A stretch of DNA of 63,722 bases from Octopus bimaculoides. Its lineage: Eukaryota. Below, in pieces: positions 25,701 to 35,319 of this stretch. The notes beneath the pieces were generated by a model that had not been told where the DNA came from, searched no databases, and worked only from the letters and a program-made list of their open reading frames with translations. Position numbers and translations under genes: made by a program. The stretch lies in the NCBI RefSeq assembly GCF_001194135.2, contig NC_068994.1, forward strand, positions 50,999,944 through 51,063,665. The letters are read 5' to 3'. Every line of letters begins with the position of its first letter. The first letter of the stretch is position 1.

Positions 25701-28700
25701 CCCATGCTAGCATGGAAAGCGGACGTTAAACGATGATGATGATGCAATCAACACAATAAAAATCAAGTTGTCATGTGGAGTGGTTGCCTATTCAGTGACA
25801 GAATCTGATTCAGATCCTCCTACACCTCTCTCACAATACCTATAACTTTTGTATCTCCTCCAAGACCAACCATAAATAGAAATACCACACACACACATAA
25901 ACACACTTGTAATTATGAAGATAAACAGGCTGCTACAAAGATGTAGTAATTACCTTTTCTTTACGAGACTGGGTGATCAATTCTTCCATTCGCTCTTTCC
26001 AAGGTTTCTTCTTACTCTCATCATCAGTGCCTTTAGTCTGAGACAGGAAGCCACCACCAAAATGTTCTTCAGCAATCATTTTACCTTGAAAAGAGAAAGA
26101 AACCAAATGAAAGGTATGACATTCTTTCGTGTGAATCAAACAATGACGTAAGGCGTCATCTCATTTTAACTTTTTCCTACAGAGTTCAGGAAATAAGCAG
26201 AGAGATTTCCAGGACGAAGTTTTGGGAGGAGAGAGTTGGACCCAATAAGGGTAATGAAAAAAGAAACGAATGGGCTGGGAGTGCCTGGGCTGAAGTGGAA
26301 TGAGCCCAGCCAGCCCAAATGAGCAGAGGCCATTACAGTAATGGTAGAGAGAAGAGACAGCATGCTTCTAGACAGGAGCATGCTTGTCAGTGACTTTATA
26401 CAGATCAGTTAAGTGGCTCTTTTCTGAGAGACCATAAATCTACGTTCTGAAAGTTTATCTAGAAGGCACAGATCTGGGCAAATTAGATATATATAATTAT
26501 CCTACTTAACCATAGCAGCATCGAGAACCAGATGTTACCATTCATACGATAGATAACGCTAGATTTCTGATCCCAATAACCAAGGGAAGCAACTATAAAA
26601 AATAGAGGAGTTATCTACTCTTGCATGACGAGAAGTTACACTGGAACTGAACTTTTCAGTTGTACTTCAAAATAATCATTTTTCACACAAAGGCAAAAGC
26701 AGAGAAATACTGGGAAGGACATAATCTATATCGCCGACTGTCGTTCTTAGTTTACTGACTGAGTGAAGATGGATGGAAAGCAAAGTTAAACCCAGCATCA
26801 ATTTAATTCAGAATACACATAGCTAAATAAAGCGGCGAGCTAGCAGAAACGTTAGCACTCCGGGCGAAATGCTTAGCGGTATTTCGTCTGCCGCTACGTT
26901 CTGAGTTCAAATTCCGCCGAGGTCGACTTTGCCTTTTATCCTTTCGGGGTCGATTAAATAAGTACCAGTTACGAACTGGGGTCGATATAATCGACTTAAT
27001 CCGTTTGTCTGTCTTTGTTTGTCCCCTCTGTGTGTAGCCCCTTGTGGGTAGTAAAGAAATAACACATAGCTAAATACCAGAAGGCATTTAGTCTGATGCT
27101 CTACCAATTTTTCAAGTGAGAAGTTAAATGCTGAATAAAGAGTAATGTACTGACCAGTGATACGTCCATCATAATCTTCATCATCACTATTTAGGGGGTC
27201 TTCAAATGTGTCAATTTCGGAAAGGGATTGACCATAATGAGTGAGATCCTCTTCATCATTCAAACTGAAAATATTTCTTTTATCGAGATATTTCTAGAAA
27301 GAAAAAAAGTATGGCAGACATATAGATAGATGTACTTATGTATTCATGTATGTGTGTGTGTATCTGTGCATGTATGTATATATAATGTCCTATTGTTTGC
27401 ATTTGTATTTGTGTACCATTTCTCCTGTTTTTTTTCCCTCCTTGTTTTTGTATACATTTGCTGCTTTCTCCCAAGGAATCTAGTGCTCGTATTTAGGATT
27501 AAACGATGACGCTAATATCACAACACCAAATTACAAAATGCACTCACCTGTTTCTCAGCCACAAACCTCTTGGCCATCTTCTCTTCGTAGCTAAGGTTAG
27601 CATCATTCTCTCCAATACGTTTGTCAACAACCTGATTGTCTTTAAACCTCTGTAAATATTCTTGGAGTAATGTGTTCTTCCGCTGCAATACATAGAAAAT
27701 TGGAACATCAGTGATAAAGAATAGACGACAAACAAAAGCATAATTTATCTGGCAAGAAATACATAAATATGAAGGATGCACATTTGATAACAAATGATAT
27801 AAATGCTGGTTGATTTCTCTAGTCATGCTTTACATTGTAGGGACGAGAGTTAAAGAGAAATTCAGAGTTAAAAGGTACCAAATGAGTGCACATACTAGGC
27901 TTGGTGGTAGACAATGAGTAAAGGGGTGCTACACATGCACACACAAACAGAATGCAAAGAGACATCCGTTTTAGCATGGAAAACAGATGTTAAATGATGA
28001 TGGTAGTCAAGCATGATCTTTGAACATTGGGTCTCATGGAGGCGATAACAAGTGACCAAGACCTTTAGTGATATGCTGCGCTTGAGAAGACCCATCAAGC
28101 CAAGTGAAATTGTAGACATGGCCGCTGGCACATAAAAAATACTCCTTTCGGATAGTGTTTTCTACGTGCCACCGACACAGGAGCCAGTCCGGGGTTTGTG
28201 GGGTGCACCGGCATTGACTATGTTTGGATGATGCGTTTTACATGCCTCTGGCATAGGAGCCAGACAGGCGGACTCACACACACATATATATATAGTAAAA
28301 AGCAGCTGTGTTGGTACCACATAAAAAGGAACCTGTGCCAGTGCCATGTGTAAAGCACCCAGTACACTCTGTTAAGTGGTTGGCATTAGGAAGAGCATCC
28401 AGCTGAAGAAACTATGCCACAACAGATAAACAGATGGAGCAGCTCTCCTTCTTGTCAAACCGTCCAATGCATGCCGACATGGAAAACGGATGTTTGATGA
28501 TGATGATGTTGATAAGTGGATGCAGATGAGGCTAAGTAGTCAAGAAGTTTACTTCATAACCACGAGGTTCTGAATACGATACTACACACCAAAGCATCCT
28601 GGGTAAGTGCATTTTGCATTTACCATAGCTTTAAGCAAACCCAAGCCTCATGAGTGAATATGAGTAGCAGGAAGCTGCATAGGAGCCCATCTTATGGACA

Positions 28701-29172
28701 GTTCATGTAACCAAAGGTCTGGCCTTGTCAGTGTGTCGTGTTTGTTCAACTTGAGAATTACATGAAGGGTACATGCATCTAAGGAATACTCAACCACTTT
28801 GCATGCTATTTCAACAAATAGAGCAACTGACTGTACATATGTTAAAACTGCCATAAACTTCTGTCCAACCCATGTCAGCACAGAAAAACAGACAAACAAA
28901 TGATTGAAGAAATGTGTGTGTATGTATGTGCATAACGAAAGGCAAAACAAACATAAATAAATAAAACAAATTAAAAAACAGAAATAAAAGATTACCTTTT
29001 TGTTTGCTTTTGACCGTGACACTCCAGGGATTCCTGCCTCATGTTTTGGTAATTTACGTCCAAGAATGTGATGTTTCTGCTTGTTTACCTTAATCTCAAA
29101 TGGATTTAGTTTCTTAACTTCAGACTTCTTAACCTTCTTCTGAAACTTATCAAGTTTCTTTTTCTTGCCCAT
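2066..29172 (-). CDS. NOP14: Nucleolar protein 14 (SSU processome / 40S biogenesis); 20 coding exons in window, 3' end beyond window start
   Basis: N-terminus MGKKKK...LNPFEIKVNKQKHHILGRK...GVSRSKA..KRKNTLLQEY, plus LTHYGQSL, EEHFGGG, DYDMNV, NHPSL, YPASDFRH and SKRYIPEVMNFL, all match remembered Nop14-family motifs. All 19 introns are GT-AG with consistent phases and no in-frame stops. Confidence 0.95.
3040..3455 (+). repeat. Two tandem copies of an old interspersed repeat ending in (AAC)n (others about 4550-4630, 16520-16690, 50380-50540, 60330-60540)
   Basis: Shared GAAACAGCAG.CAAA..CCCTCAAAT ... GATGGTC...GGAA...TTTGATCA...GGGCT.AACAACAAC. Confidence 0.65.
3895..4900. repeat. Degenerate (ACC)n and (GGT)n tracts flanking an N gap
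   Basis: CAC-rich at 3895-4081; GTG-rich at 4424-4560 and 4655-4900. Confidence 0.85.
6720..7090 (-). mobile_element. tRNA-head CORE-like SINE, family A (more than 15 copies, e.g. 8060-8412, 10755-11120, 22115-22560, 31140-31500, 38215-38600, 43585-43925, 62970-63200)
   Basis: A/B-box-like head, CCTTGGGCAAGTGTCTTCTACTATAGCCTC core, internal (GT)n/(AT)n, tail GTCAAATGACTGAAACAAGTAAAAGAG. Confidence 0.85.
7275..7419 (-). CDS. NOP14: NOP14 coding exon 19 (LSAIHVAVGLLKEFSTLYSGLPSFAAIFQP...PPVIQ)
   Basis: atacag acceptor, gtaact donor; 145 nt; phase fits neighbouring exons. Confidence 0.9.
9491..10360 (-). mobile_element. Internally deleted RTE-like LINE: RT fragment fused to 3' UTR tandem modules and (GAT)n tail
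   Basis: 10061-10360 translates as QEKYLAKDKPLYLAFVDMEKAFDRVPR...GVHQGSVLSPLLF; the tail is shared with other copies in the window. Confidence 0.88.
10401..10580 (-). CDS. NOP14: NOP14 coding exon 18 (ENVKPLKLSWLLIRDSNQM...DCNEF)
   Basis: ctttag acceptor, gtaaaa donor; 180 nt open, phase 2/2. Confidence 0.85.
11405..11483 (-). CDS. NOP14: NOP14 coding exon 17 (SVVFLPPFQISTCPQGLLRISEQAQ)
   Basis: tttacag acceptor, gtaaat donor; 79 nt, phase 1/2. Confidence 0.85.
13084..13174 (-). CDS. NOP14: NOP14 coding exon 16 (CVSMSKRYIPEVMNFLYAVLTLATVEPSNT)
   Basis: ttgcag acceptor, gtaagt donor; S-K-R-Y-I-P-E motif. Confidence 0.92.
13598..13660 (-). CDS. NOP14: NOP14 coding exon 15 (CLISCERDVAAGLFISTILLQ)
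   Basis: ttccag acceptor, gtaagc donor; 63 nt; supplies the otherwise missing D-V-x-x-G-L-F segment. Confidence 0.88.
13915..14628 (+). mobile_element. RTE-like LINE 3' end (ORF2 C-terminus, N gap, then (GAT)n tail)
   Basis: RRLRWYGHVVRMDEDSCVKKC...GRGRPRKTWAEVVRQDL is the typical RTE C-terminus. Confidence 0.88.
14630..14920 (+). mobile_element. LINE 3' UTR (L1/Tx1-like) with AATAAA and (ATT)n tail
   Basis: Pyrimidine-rich UTR ending gcccttgtggccAATAAAacgaattaattattatt; clade assignment tentative. Confidence 0.45.
14937..15060 (+). ncRNA. Degenerate minimal hammerhead-like motif of a Penelope-like terminal repeat
   Basis: CAGATGA (core CTGATGA with one change), A, stem GGGTGG/TCAGCC, GAA, then palindromic ACGTT. 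Confidence 0.55.
15213..15314 (-). CDS. NOP14: NOP14 coding exon 14 (LLLLKLIPILYPASDFRHFVCTPAMIFMSQILSQ)
   Basis: gatctag acceptor, gtgagt donor; P-x-S-D-F-R-H motif. Confidence 0.93.
16857..17054 (-). CDS. NOP14: NOP14 coding exon 13 (KLFTFVLTFYMD...FPGLDT)
   Basis: ctacag acceptor, gtaaga donor; 198 nt open. Confidence 0.9.
18144..18274 (-). CDS. NOP14: NOP14 coding exon 12 (PKSYEAL...ERMVKCNHPSLGDGNKTKLE)
   Basis: tttcag acceptor, gtatgt donor; NHPSL..GNK.KL motif. Confidence 0.93.
19040..19094 (-). CDS. NOP14: NOP14 coding exon 11 (KMSEISEKAKKELPFVFK)
   Basis: tttcag acceptor, gtaaat donor; ELPF.F motif. Confidence 0.88.
19293..19850 (+). mobile_element. Unclassified element of about 520 bp flanked by (AAT)n on both sides; second copy 46203-46790
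   Basis: Two co-linear, highly similar copies with the same ends. Confidence 0.8.
19949..20100 (-). CDS. NOP14: NOP14 coding exon 10 (acidic linker)
   Basis: ttatag acceptor, aag|gtaaga donor; a second in-frame donor at 19913 is possible. Confidence 0.8.
20659..20876 (-). CDS. NOP14: NOP14 coding exon 9 (FLQPVLKDK...D/E-rich...KHYS)
   Basis: gatccag acceptor, gtaagt donor; 218 nt, phase 2/1. Confidence 0.85.
21350..21441 (-). CDS. NOP14: NOP14 coding exon 8 (KDRLLRMKAPWE...ISADALGDE)
   Basis: ttgcag acceptor, gtgagt donor; RL.RM and SAD.L.D motifs. Confidence 0.92.
22598..22666 (-). CDS. NOP14: NOP14 coding exon 7 (ASNKMKSEKELAQEEMERLAKLE)
   Basis: (tta)n-tag acceptor, gtaagt donor; K-S-E-x-E-L-A-x-E-E-x-E-R-L motif. 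Confidence 0.92.
23478..23558 (-). CDS. NOP14: NOP14 coding exon 6 (GSFDEPKRKVDDYDMNVRSLVFEARAM)
   Basis: ttgttag acceptor, gtaagt donor; D-Y-D-x-x-V-R-x-L-x-F-E motif. Confidence 0.92.
24642..24743 (-). CDS. NOP14: NOP14 coding exon 5 (MEQQQVREETIRMTEQINSEWKTLRFLMSDSNSK)
   Basis: ccacag acceptor, gtaagg donor; 102 nt, phase 0/0. Confidence 0.88.
24745..25180. repeat. Degenerate minisatellite, unit about 38-40 bp
   Basis: Repeats of GATAAACCATGGAGTGATAACATGGATGTATAGATGGTGA. Confidence 0.8.
25954..26084 (-). CDS. NOP14: NOP14 coding exon 4 (KMIAEEHFGGGFL...MEELITQSRKEK)
   Basis: ttcaag acceptor, gtaatt donor; HFGGG motif. Confidence 0.93.
26830..27061 (+). mobile_element. Young tRNA-head Nin/Deu-domain-like SINE, family B, with 15-bp TSD
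   Basis: GCCTTTTATCCTTTCGGGGTCGATTAAATAAGTACCAG domain; direct repeat ACACATAGCTAAATA at 26815-26829 and 27062-27076. Confidence 0.88.
27155..27293 (-). CDS. NOP14: NOP14 coding exon 3 (KYLDKRNIFSLNDEEDLTHYGQSLSEID...)
   Basis: ttctag acceptor, gtcagt donor; LTHYGQSL motif. Confidence 0.93.
27548..27682 (-). CDS. NOP14: NOP14 coding exon 2 (RKNTLLQEY...DKRIGE...EEKMAKRFVAEKQ)
   Basis: ttgcag acceptor, gtgagt donor; D-K-R-x-G-E motif. Confidence 0.93.
28996..29172 (-). CDS. NOP14: NOP14 first coding exon (59 codons from ATG)
   Basis: ATG at 29172 lies 12 nt after a ttttctttag acceptor (exon edge 29184), so an upstream non-coding exon must exist; aag|gtaatc donor. Confidence 0.93.
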
Positions 29173-30089
29173 CTCTGTGTATTTCTAAAGAAAATGATCA
29201 CAAAATTATATACATATANNNNNNNNNNNNNNNNNNNNNNNNNNNNNNNNNNNNNNNNNNNNNNNNNNNNNNNNNNNNNNNNNNNNNNNNNNNNNNNNNN
29301 NNNNNNNNNNNNNNNNNNNNNNNNNNNNNNNNNNNNNNNNNNNNNNNNNNNNNNNNNNNNNNNNNNNNNNNNNNNNNNNNNNNNNNNNNNNNNNNNNNNN
29401 NNNNNNNNNNNNNNNNNNNNNNNNNNNNNNNNNNNNNNNNNNNNNNNNNNNNNNNNNNNNNNNNNNNNNNNNNNNNNNNNNNNNNNNNNNNNNNNNNNNN
29501 NNNNNNNNNNNNNNNNNNNNNNNNNNNNNNNNNNNNNNNNNNNNNNNNNNNNNNNNNNNNNNNNNNNNNNNNNNNNNNNNNNNNNNNNNNNNNNNNNNNN
29601 NNNNNNNNNNNNNNNNNNNNNNNNNNNNNNNNNNNNNNNNNNNNNNNNNNNNNNNNNNNNNNNNNNNNNNNNNNNNNNNNNNNNNNNNNNNNNNNNNNNN
29701 NNNNNNNNNNNNNNNNNNNNNNNNNNNNNNNNNNNNNNNNNNNNNNNNNNNNNNNNNNNNNNNNNNNNNNNNNNNNNNNNNNNNNNNNNNNNNNNNNNNN
29801 NNNNNNNNNNNNNNNNNNNNNNNNNNNNNNNNNNNNNNNNNNNNNNNNNNNNNNNNNNNNNNNNNNNNNNNNNNNNNNNNNNNNNNNNNNNNNNNNNNNN
29901 NNNNNNNNNNNNNNNNNNNNNNNNNNNNNNNNNNNNNNNNNNNNNNNNNNNNNNNNNNNNNNNNNNNNNNNNNNNNNNNNNNNNNNNNNNNNNNNNNNNN
30001 NNNNNNNNNNNNNNNNNNNNNNNNNNNNNNNNNNNNNNNNNNNNNNNNNNNNNNNNNNNNNNNNNNNNNNNNNNNNNNNNNNNNATATA

Positions 30090-30515
30090 ATGGTTGGAAA
30101 AATAAGGATGCATGAGAATTGAGAGTTGTGTTAGGTTTGAGAAAAGGGTTAAAAGTTTGTGTTAAGCAGGAAGTGTGGTGTCAAAACAGGAAGTGTGTGT
30201 AAGGGGTGACAAATGTTTTTAGTTGGAGTTATGAACTCTTTTTCAACAGGAAGTTTATGTCTGTTCCTAGAGAAATAAGGCCACTGAGGGGTATGTGTGT
30301 TAAGAAATGGTTGGAATTTCTCTATGAAAAGATTATCCTTGTTGATTCTTTCTTGTGTGGAGATTCTGTCTTTACATTGATAGAAAGGGAATATAAGAAA
30401 TTTTGGGTTTTTGTTTCTGGCGCAAGAGTCTATATAGCCACTGAGTGGAATTTGGCGGTATTGAGGGAGATTTATTTGTTCTTTATGGGCTGCTACTTTT
30501 CTTATTCTTCATTTT
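30090..30515 (-). mobile_element. Penelope-like element, GIY-YIG endonuclease C-terminal fragment
   Basis: Translates as HKEQINLPQYRQIPLSGYIDSCARNKNPKFLIFPFYQCKDRISTQERINKDNLFIEKFQPFLN; the terminal FI....P.LN motif is typical of PLE endonucleases. Confidence 0.75.
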
Positions 30516-30519
30516 CTTC

Positions 30520-30640
30520 ATAAAGAAGAATGTTATGATTGAGGTGAATGACAATGACCATTTTGTGTGCACAGTTTGTGACAGACTATGCCTTACTTTT
30601 GCTGGGTTCAAATCTCATTTGCGAACCCATGGAAAACGAA
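30520..30640 (+). mobile_element. RTE-type LINE C-terminal single C2H2 finger fragment
   Basis: FVCTVCDRLCLTFAGFKSHLRTH; isolated, no splice support, wedged between repeats. Confidence 0.6.
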
Positions 30641-32055
30641 CGCACTGGGGTCAATATAATCGACTTAATCCGTTTGTCTGTCCTTGTTTATCCCCTCTGT
30701 GTGTAGCCCTTTGTAGTTAGTAAAAGAAATAAGAAACGTTAGCACGCAATGCGAAATGCTTAGCGGTAGTTCATCTGCTGTTACGTTCTGAGTTCAAATT
30801 CTGCCAAGGTCAACTTTGCCTTTGGCATGTATATCAGAGTCTCAGAGAGTGGGAGGAGAGTATTAAGGCGTTAACAAACTAATGTTGACGATCAACGTTT
30901 TCATAGTTCTTTAACCATCTCCATTACTGTCTTCCCATTTCGTTTATTTATCAGGAACCATCTCAACAATCCAGAAAAGATGGGTTAATCAGACACTAGG
31001 CATTCAGAACATGCAATCAAACACAGATGGTAACTGCCAAGTCTCAACTCTGCATAAAACTATACAATACATGGACCTTTCGTAATCTACATTTGCTGGT
31101 AACACTCCATAATGGTTACTACTATTTACTACATTCTTTTTTACTTTTACTTCTTTCAGACAATAGACTGCAGCCATGCTGGAGCACTGCCTTGAATAAT
31201 TTTAGTCGAACGACTCGATCCCAGAACATCTTTTTTTAAAGCCTGGTACCTATTCCATCGATCTTTTGCCGAACAATTAGTTTACGGGGATATAAACACA
31301 CCAACACCAGTTGTCAAGTGGTGATGAAGGAACAAACACAAGACATCTACATATACGACGGCTTCTTTCAGTTTCCGTCTACCAAATTCGCTCACAAGAC
31401 TTTATTTAGTCGGCCCGAAGCTTCAGTCGAAAGCACTTGCCCCATGGTGCCACGCATTGAGACTGAACCCGAGACCATATCGTTGGAATGCAAGCTTGCG
31501 CTTTTTCTTTCTTTTCTTTTTTTATTATTTATTTTATATTGAACAACTGGCTAAAAGCATCCAAGTCAACGGTTACTTGTTCACTTGAGTTAGGCAGTGA
31601 GAGGGGGGAAACTTTGTAGAACAAACTTTTTAATCGGAACTACGGTGGGATTTAGATGCAGTTCGGAAATAGACGTGACCGAATCCTGGAAAGTACTTTG
31701 TCCGATGCTGTATTGCGTATATTATATTTCATGTTCAAAATATTTGTTCAATGCAGTTAATATCACGAATACATGACAACACTGCCATGAACAACCACTG
31801 CAAACGAATTAAAAAGAATTTCCAAAGAAAGAAAGAATACTACCATCCCAGAGAATTAAATAACAACAAAAATGAAAATCTACGGAATAAATCTTAAAAA
31901 GAGAAAGAAAATCAAGTTTGTTTTTAGTGAGATATTTTGTCGAAGGCAGGTTCTAGTCTGTTTCTGTTTAAATTAAAGGTAACGTGAGGGGGGAAGCGCA
32001 GGTTAACAATTTTTAACCAGAGAATATATTCTAAATAAAATTCTAAAATTCTTAC

Positions 32056-32140
32056 CCGTTGAATTCATAGAAATGAAAGATCAATTAAGGAGAAAATCCA
32101 TTCACGAATTGCACGTGGATAAATGCAGGGAAAACCGGAA
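32056..32140 (-). other. Putative non-coding first exon of NOP14
   Basis: cgg|gtaaga donor at 32055 on the minus strand inside a CpG-enriched patch, next to ETS and E-box motifs; 5' end is a guess. Confidence 0.45.
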
Positions 32141-33323
32141 GTTTAGATTGTTAGCGGTGATAGGACGAAAATAATGCTTTTTTAAATATATGCCCGCTTT
32201 ACGAAAGTTTGTCGGCCATATTATCATTTACGTATATATAATTTGCAATTTTGGGAGATGTGGTGTATGTAAACATGTCAAAAATACACACGAATTAATT
32301 TCGATGGATATTGACAACTCAGAACCAACAATAAAAGTGTAATTTCGTAATCATCTTCACTCCATTAAAAATAGTGTCACCTTTTGTAAGACTTTAAATG
32401 TAATGTGATAGTGTCGCGTTATTTTGTTAAATTGTAGGTTATACTAAATAACATGAGAAATTAATATTCATTTATTTACTTAATATATATCAGTACAACG
32501 TTGTGGAATGGTCATCTGAATGACCCAACCCGGTGCCTTACAATTTAAGTGCCTTATATACCTGATTCTTAACACATACACACAACAAGCTTCTTTCAGT
32601 TTCCGTCTACGAAATCCACTTACAAGGCTTTGATCGGCTCGAGACTATAGCAGAAAACACTTCACCCAAGGTCCCACGCTGTGGGACTGAACCCGGAACC
32701 ATGTGGTTGGGAAGCAAACTTCTTACCACATAGCCACGCACTATCTTTACAAGTTTGTACTATTTTTACCATTCGTTATGTAGCAAAATTTTAAAAATTG
32801 AATCAAATGATATTATATCTCCTTATCCTGCGTTCCCTAATTGTTTGCTTTTCCTCAGTACTTTAACTTATCTCTACTGACTCAAGATATTCACCCAACC
32901 ACAAATTCCAGTGTTGTTCTAACTGGAATTTTGGTGGCACACCTTTTCGAGCATTCAGAACGCTTATCTATTAGTTTGAGTCATCCTGACGAAAACTTTT
33001 CATGTCCTCTATATATATTACTACAAAATCTAACGTGTCTTTTTTTTTTTTTTTTTTTTNNNNNNNNNNNNNNNNNNNNNNNNNNNNNNNNNNNNNNNNN
33101 NNNNNNNNNNNNNNNNNNNNNNNNNNNNNNNNNNNNNNNNNNNNNNNNNNNNNNNNNNNNNNNNNNNNNNNNNNNNNNNNNNNNNNNNNNNNNNNNNNNN
33201 NNNNNNNNNNNNNNNNNNNNNNNNNNNNNNNNNNNNNNNNNNNNNNNNNNNNNNNNNNNNNNNNNNNNNNNNNNNNNNNNNNNNNNNNNNNNNNNNNNNN
33301 NNNNNNNNNNNNNNNNNNNNNNN

Positions 33324-33595
33324 NGAGGCTCCGACAAGGGGATGGTGGAGAACTCTACTGTACTCTTCCACCACAACTTTCTCTCACTCTGACTTCCTGT
33401 TTCTGTTGTACCTGTAATTCAAAGGGTCAGCCTTGTCACACTGTGTCACGCTGCATATCCCCGAGAACTACGTTAAGGGTACACGTGCCTGTGGAGTGCT
33501 AAGCAACTTGCACGTTAATTTCACGAGCAGGCTGTTCCGTTGATTGGATCAACTGGAACCCTTGACGTCATAAGCGACGGAGTGCCAACAACAAA
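33324..33595 (+). mobile_element. SINE 3' part sharing its central segment with 47710-47780 but with a different tail
   Basis: GAGGCTCCG.CA.GGGGATGGTGG.GA.C.CT..TGTACTCTT...CAACTTTCTCT shared. Confidence 0.65.
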
Positions 33596-33599
33596 CGTA

Positions 33600-33673
33600 A
33601 CCGGATTATTTATAGACGGGTTACATCACTAACAATTACACCGCCAGGACGCGTCTTTACAAAGTCAAAACTG
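33600..33673 (+). other. Putative non-coding first exon of the plus-strand unit (PUS1 and/or ORF70)
   Basis: Strong ctg|gtgagt donor at 33674, CpG-rich, no ATG; start approximate. Confidence 0.45.
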
Positions 33674-34422
33674 GTGAGTTATCTCGAAAGTATTTCATTG
33701 GAAAAATTAATTAATTTACATCCGTTTGTTGAATTTGTCAGCATTTTATTTCGTCGTAATCAAAACTACAGAGAACTTTTGGTTCTTTACTTCACGTTCA
33801 TTCCAACTCGTGCTGCTCCAAAGAAAATTCTCATTTACCACGTGTTTAGGTACCTTCACGCTGTACAAATTTAAAAATTGAATATTTCACCTTCAAAATT
33901 ATTTTATCTTGTATATTCTTTGTTTTTTTTGTTTTGTTTAATTGGTACTAAACAATATTGTCTATGTTTTGTTAGTTCAAGCATTCATGTAGTTTTAAGT
34001 TTGGGTAATTTAAAAATATTTTTTGGTCTTTAATTTACAGGTTTTTTATTTGGTAAAAAAAAGAACAAAAGAAACGAAAATGAAATTTCATTTTCAAAAT
34101 TAGTTTTTTTAAATTTGATTAAGAAAACGTTTCCTAACCAGTCGTACGTGTACTTAGTTCTCTGCGTTTATTCATGAAAAGCGTTTAAACTGCCGACATT
34201 TACCGATATTTGGCTGTGCTGAGTTCTTGGGGGAAAACTAGCAATAACATATACCCAAAGGAAACAATTTTATACAACTTCAGTGTCAGTTTAAAAAAAA
34301 AATTTTTATTATACTGTTCAACTTATGGAATTGTTTTCAATATCTGTTTATCCGTATGTCTCCTTATACGACTTGTATTAGCCATCATGGAAAAACCGGT
34401 TATTAAAACGAGTGTGTGTGTG

Positions 34423-34522
<100 letters not shown>

Positions 34523-34616
34523 TATATGTATATATAAAAGGATGGCAGTGTTCTTGAATCTTTTTTTATATATATGCAGTTATTCAGATGATAAACTTTA
34601 TTCGATTTATTTTCAG

Positions 34617-34657
34617 GTGTTTAAAATTCAGAAGAATATTGAAGTTACCTCCTACAG
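34617..34657 (+). other. Putative 41-nt internal 5' UTR exon
   Basis: tttattttcag acceptor and cag|gtactg donor. Confidence 0.35.
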
Positions 34658-35319
34658 GTACTGTAAAAATACATGTCATTTTCCCCACTTTCCAACTTTT
34701 AACGCATGTGTGTGAATGCATTTCATAATTCCATAATTTAGGTAGAATATGTTGATAGTAAAATAGTAATAGACCAAATTGCTAAACACTGACTGCTTCG
34801 TTTTATTCATAGTCTTCATATGTTGTCGAAATATTGCTGGGTGGGTGTGGGGGTAAATTGTTTTTCTTCTCACAGTTCCTTAATTAACTTGTGTCAAGAA
34901 GAAAAAAAACAACAAACAAACAAAAAAAGTAATTACTGTGAAGTATGAATGTGGTTAATCTTCATAGTAATGCTACTCATGGTAGGGAGACCCATGGAGG
35001 TTGGAGTGAATTGCATTAGAAGCAGTAGCTGATATATCCTGAAAAGATGGTTTGTAATCAGTATTAACTGTGTACTGGAGAGATGGATATTGATCCTTTG
35101 TGAAAGACCAGCATCCGGACAAGATATAAATCTTCTGTTGAATAGGTTTGTCACATCTAGTATTTTCTTTGGGAATATTTGAACCCAGCAACTACAAGTT
35201 TAATGAATTTCTCTCAAATTAGACACTGCATTAATTATTACTGCCATTGCTGCAGTAACAAACCACACTATTAGCTATTTCCAACTAGGTGGACCCTCTT
35301 ATTACCATTGAGAGATCAA

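Larger units (their letters stand above)
32056..33673. promoter_or_regulatory. Candidate bidirectional promoter region between NOP14 and PUS1
   Basis: Divergent genes. CACGTG at 32112-32117 and 33482-33487 (another at 33839-33844), CCGGAAGT at 32135-32142, TGACGTCA at 33563-33570; visibly CpG-richer than the introns. Confidence 0.55.

Noticed and set aside
26272-26405. H/ACA snoRNA reading (AAATGA and ACA boxes)
   Set aside because: The boxes are on the strand antisense to the host gene and the second hairpin base pairs poorly. Kept only as a generic structured element.
30445-30720. Host C2H2 zinc-finger gene
   Set aside because: A single finger of the RTE C-terminal type, with no splice sites, running into a SINE.
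34930-35310. Resemblance to mitochondrial cytochrome b (LHSN, KP..LGG spacing)
   Set aside because: The match needs many gaps, and an RTE 3' reading (LLYG.ETW, VLER, RWFGH) fits equally well. It cannot be resolved without an alignment.
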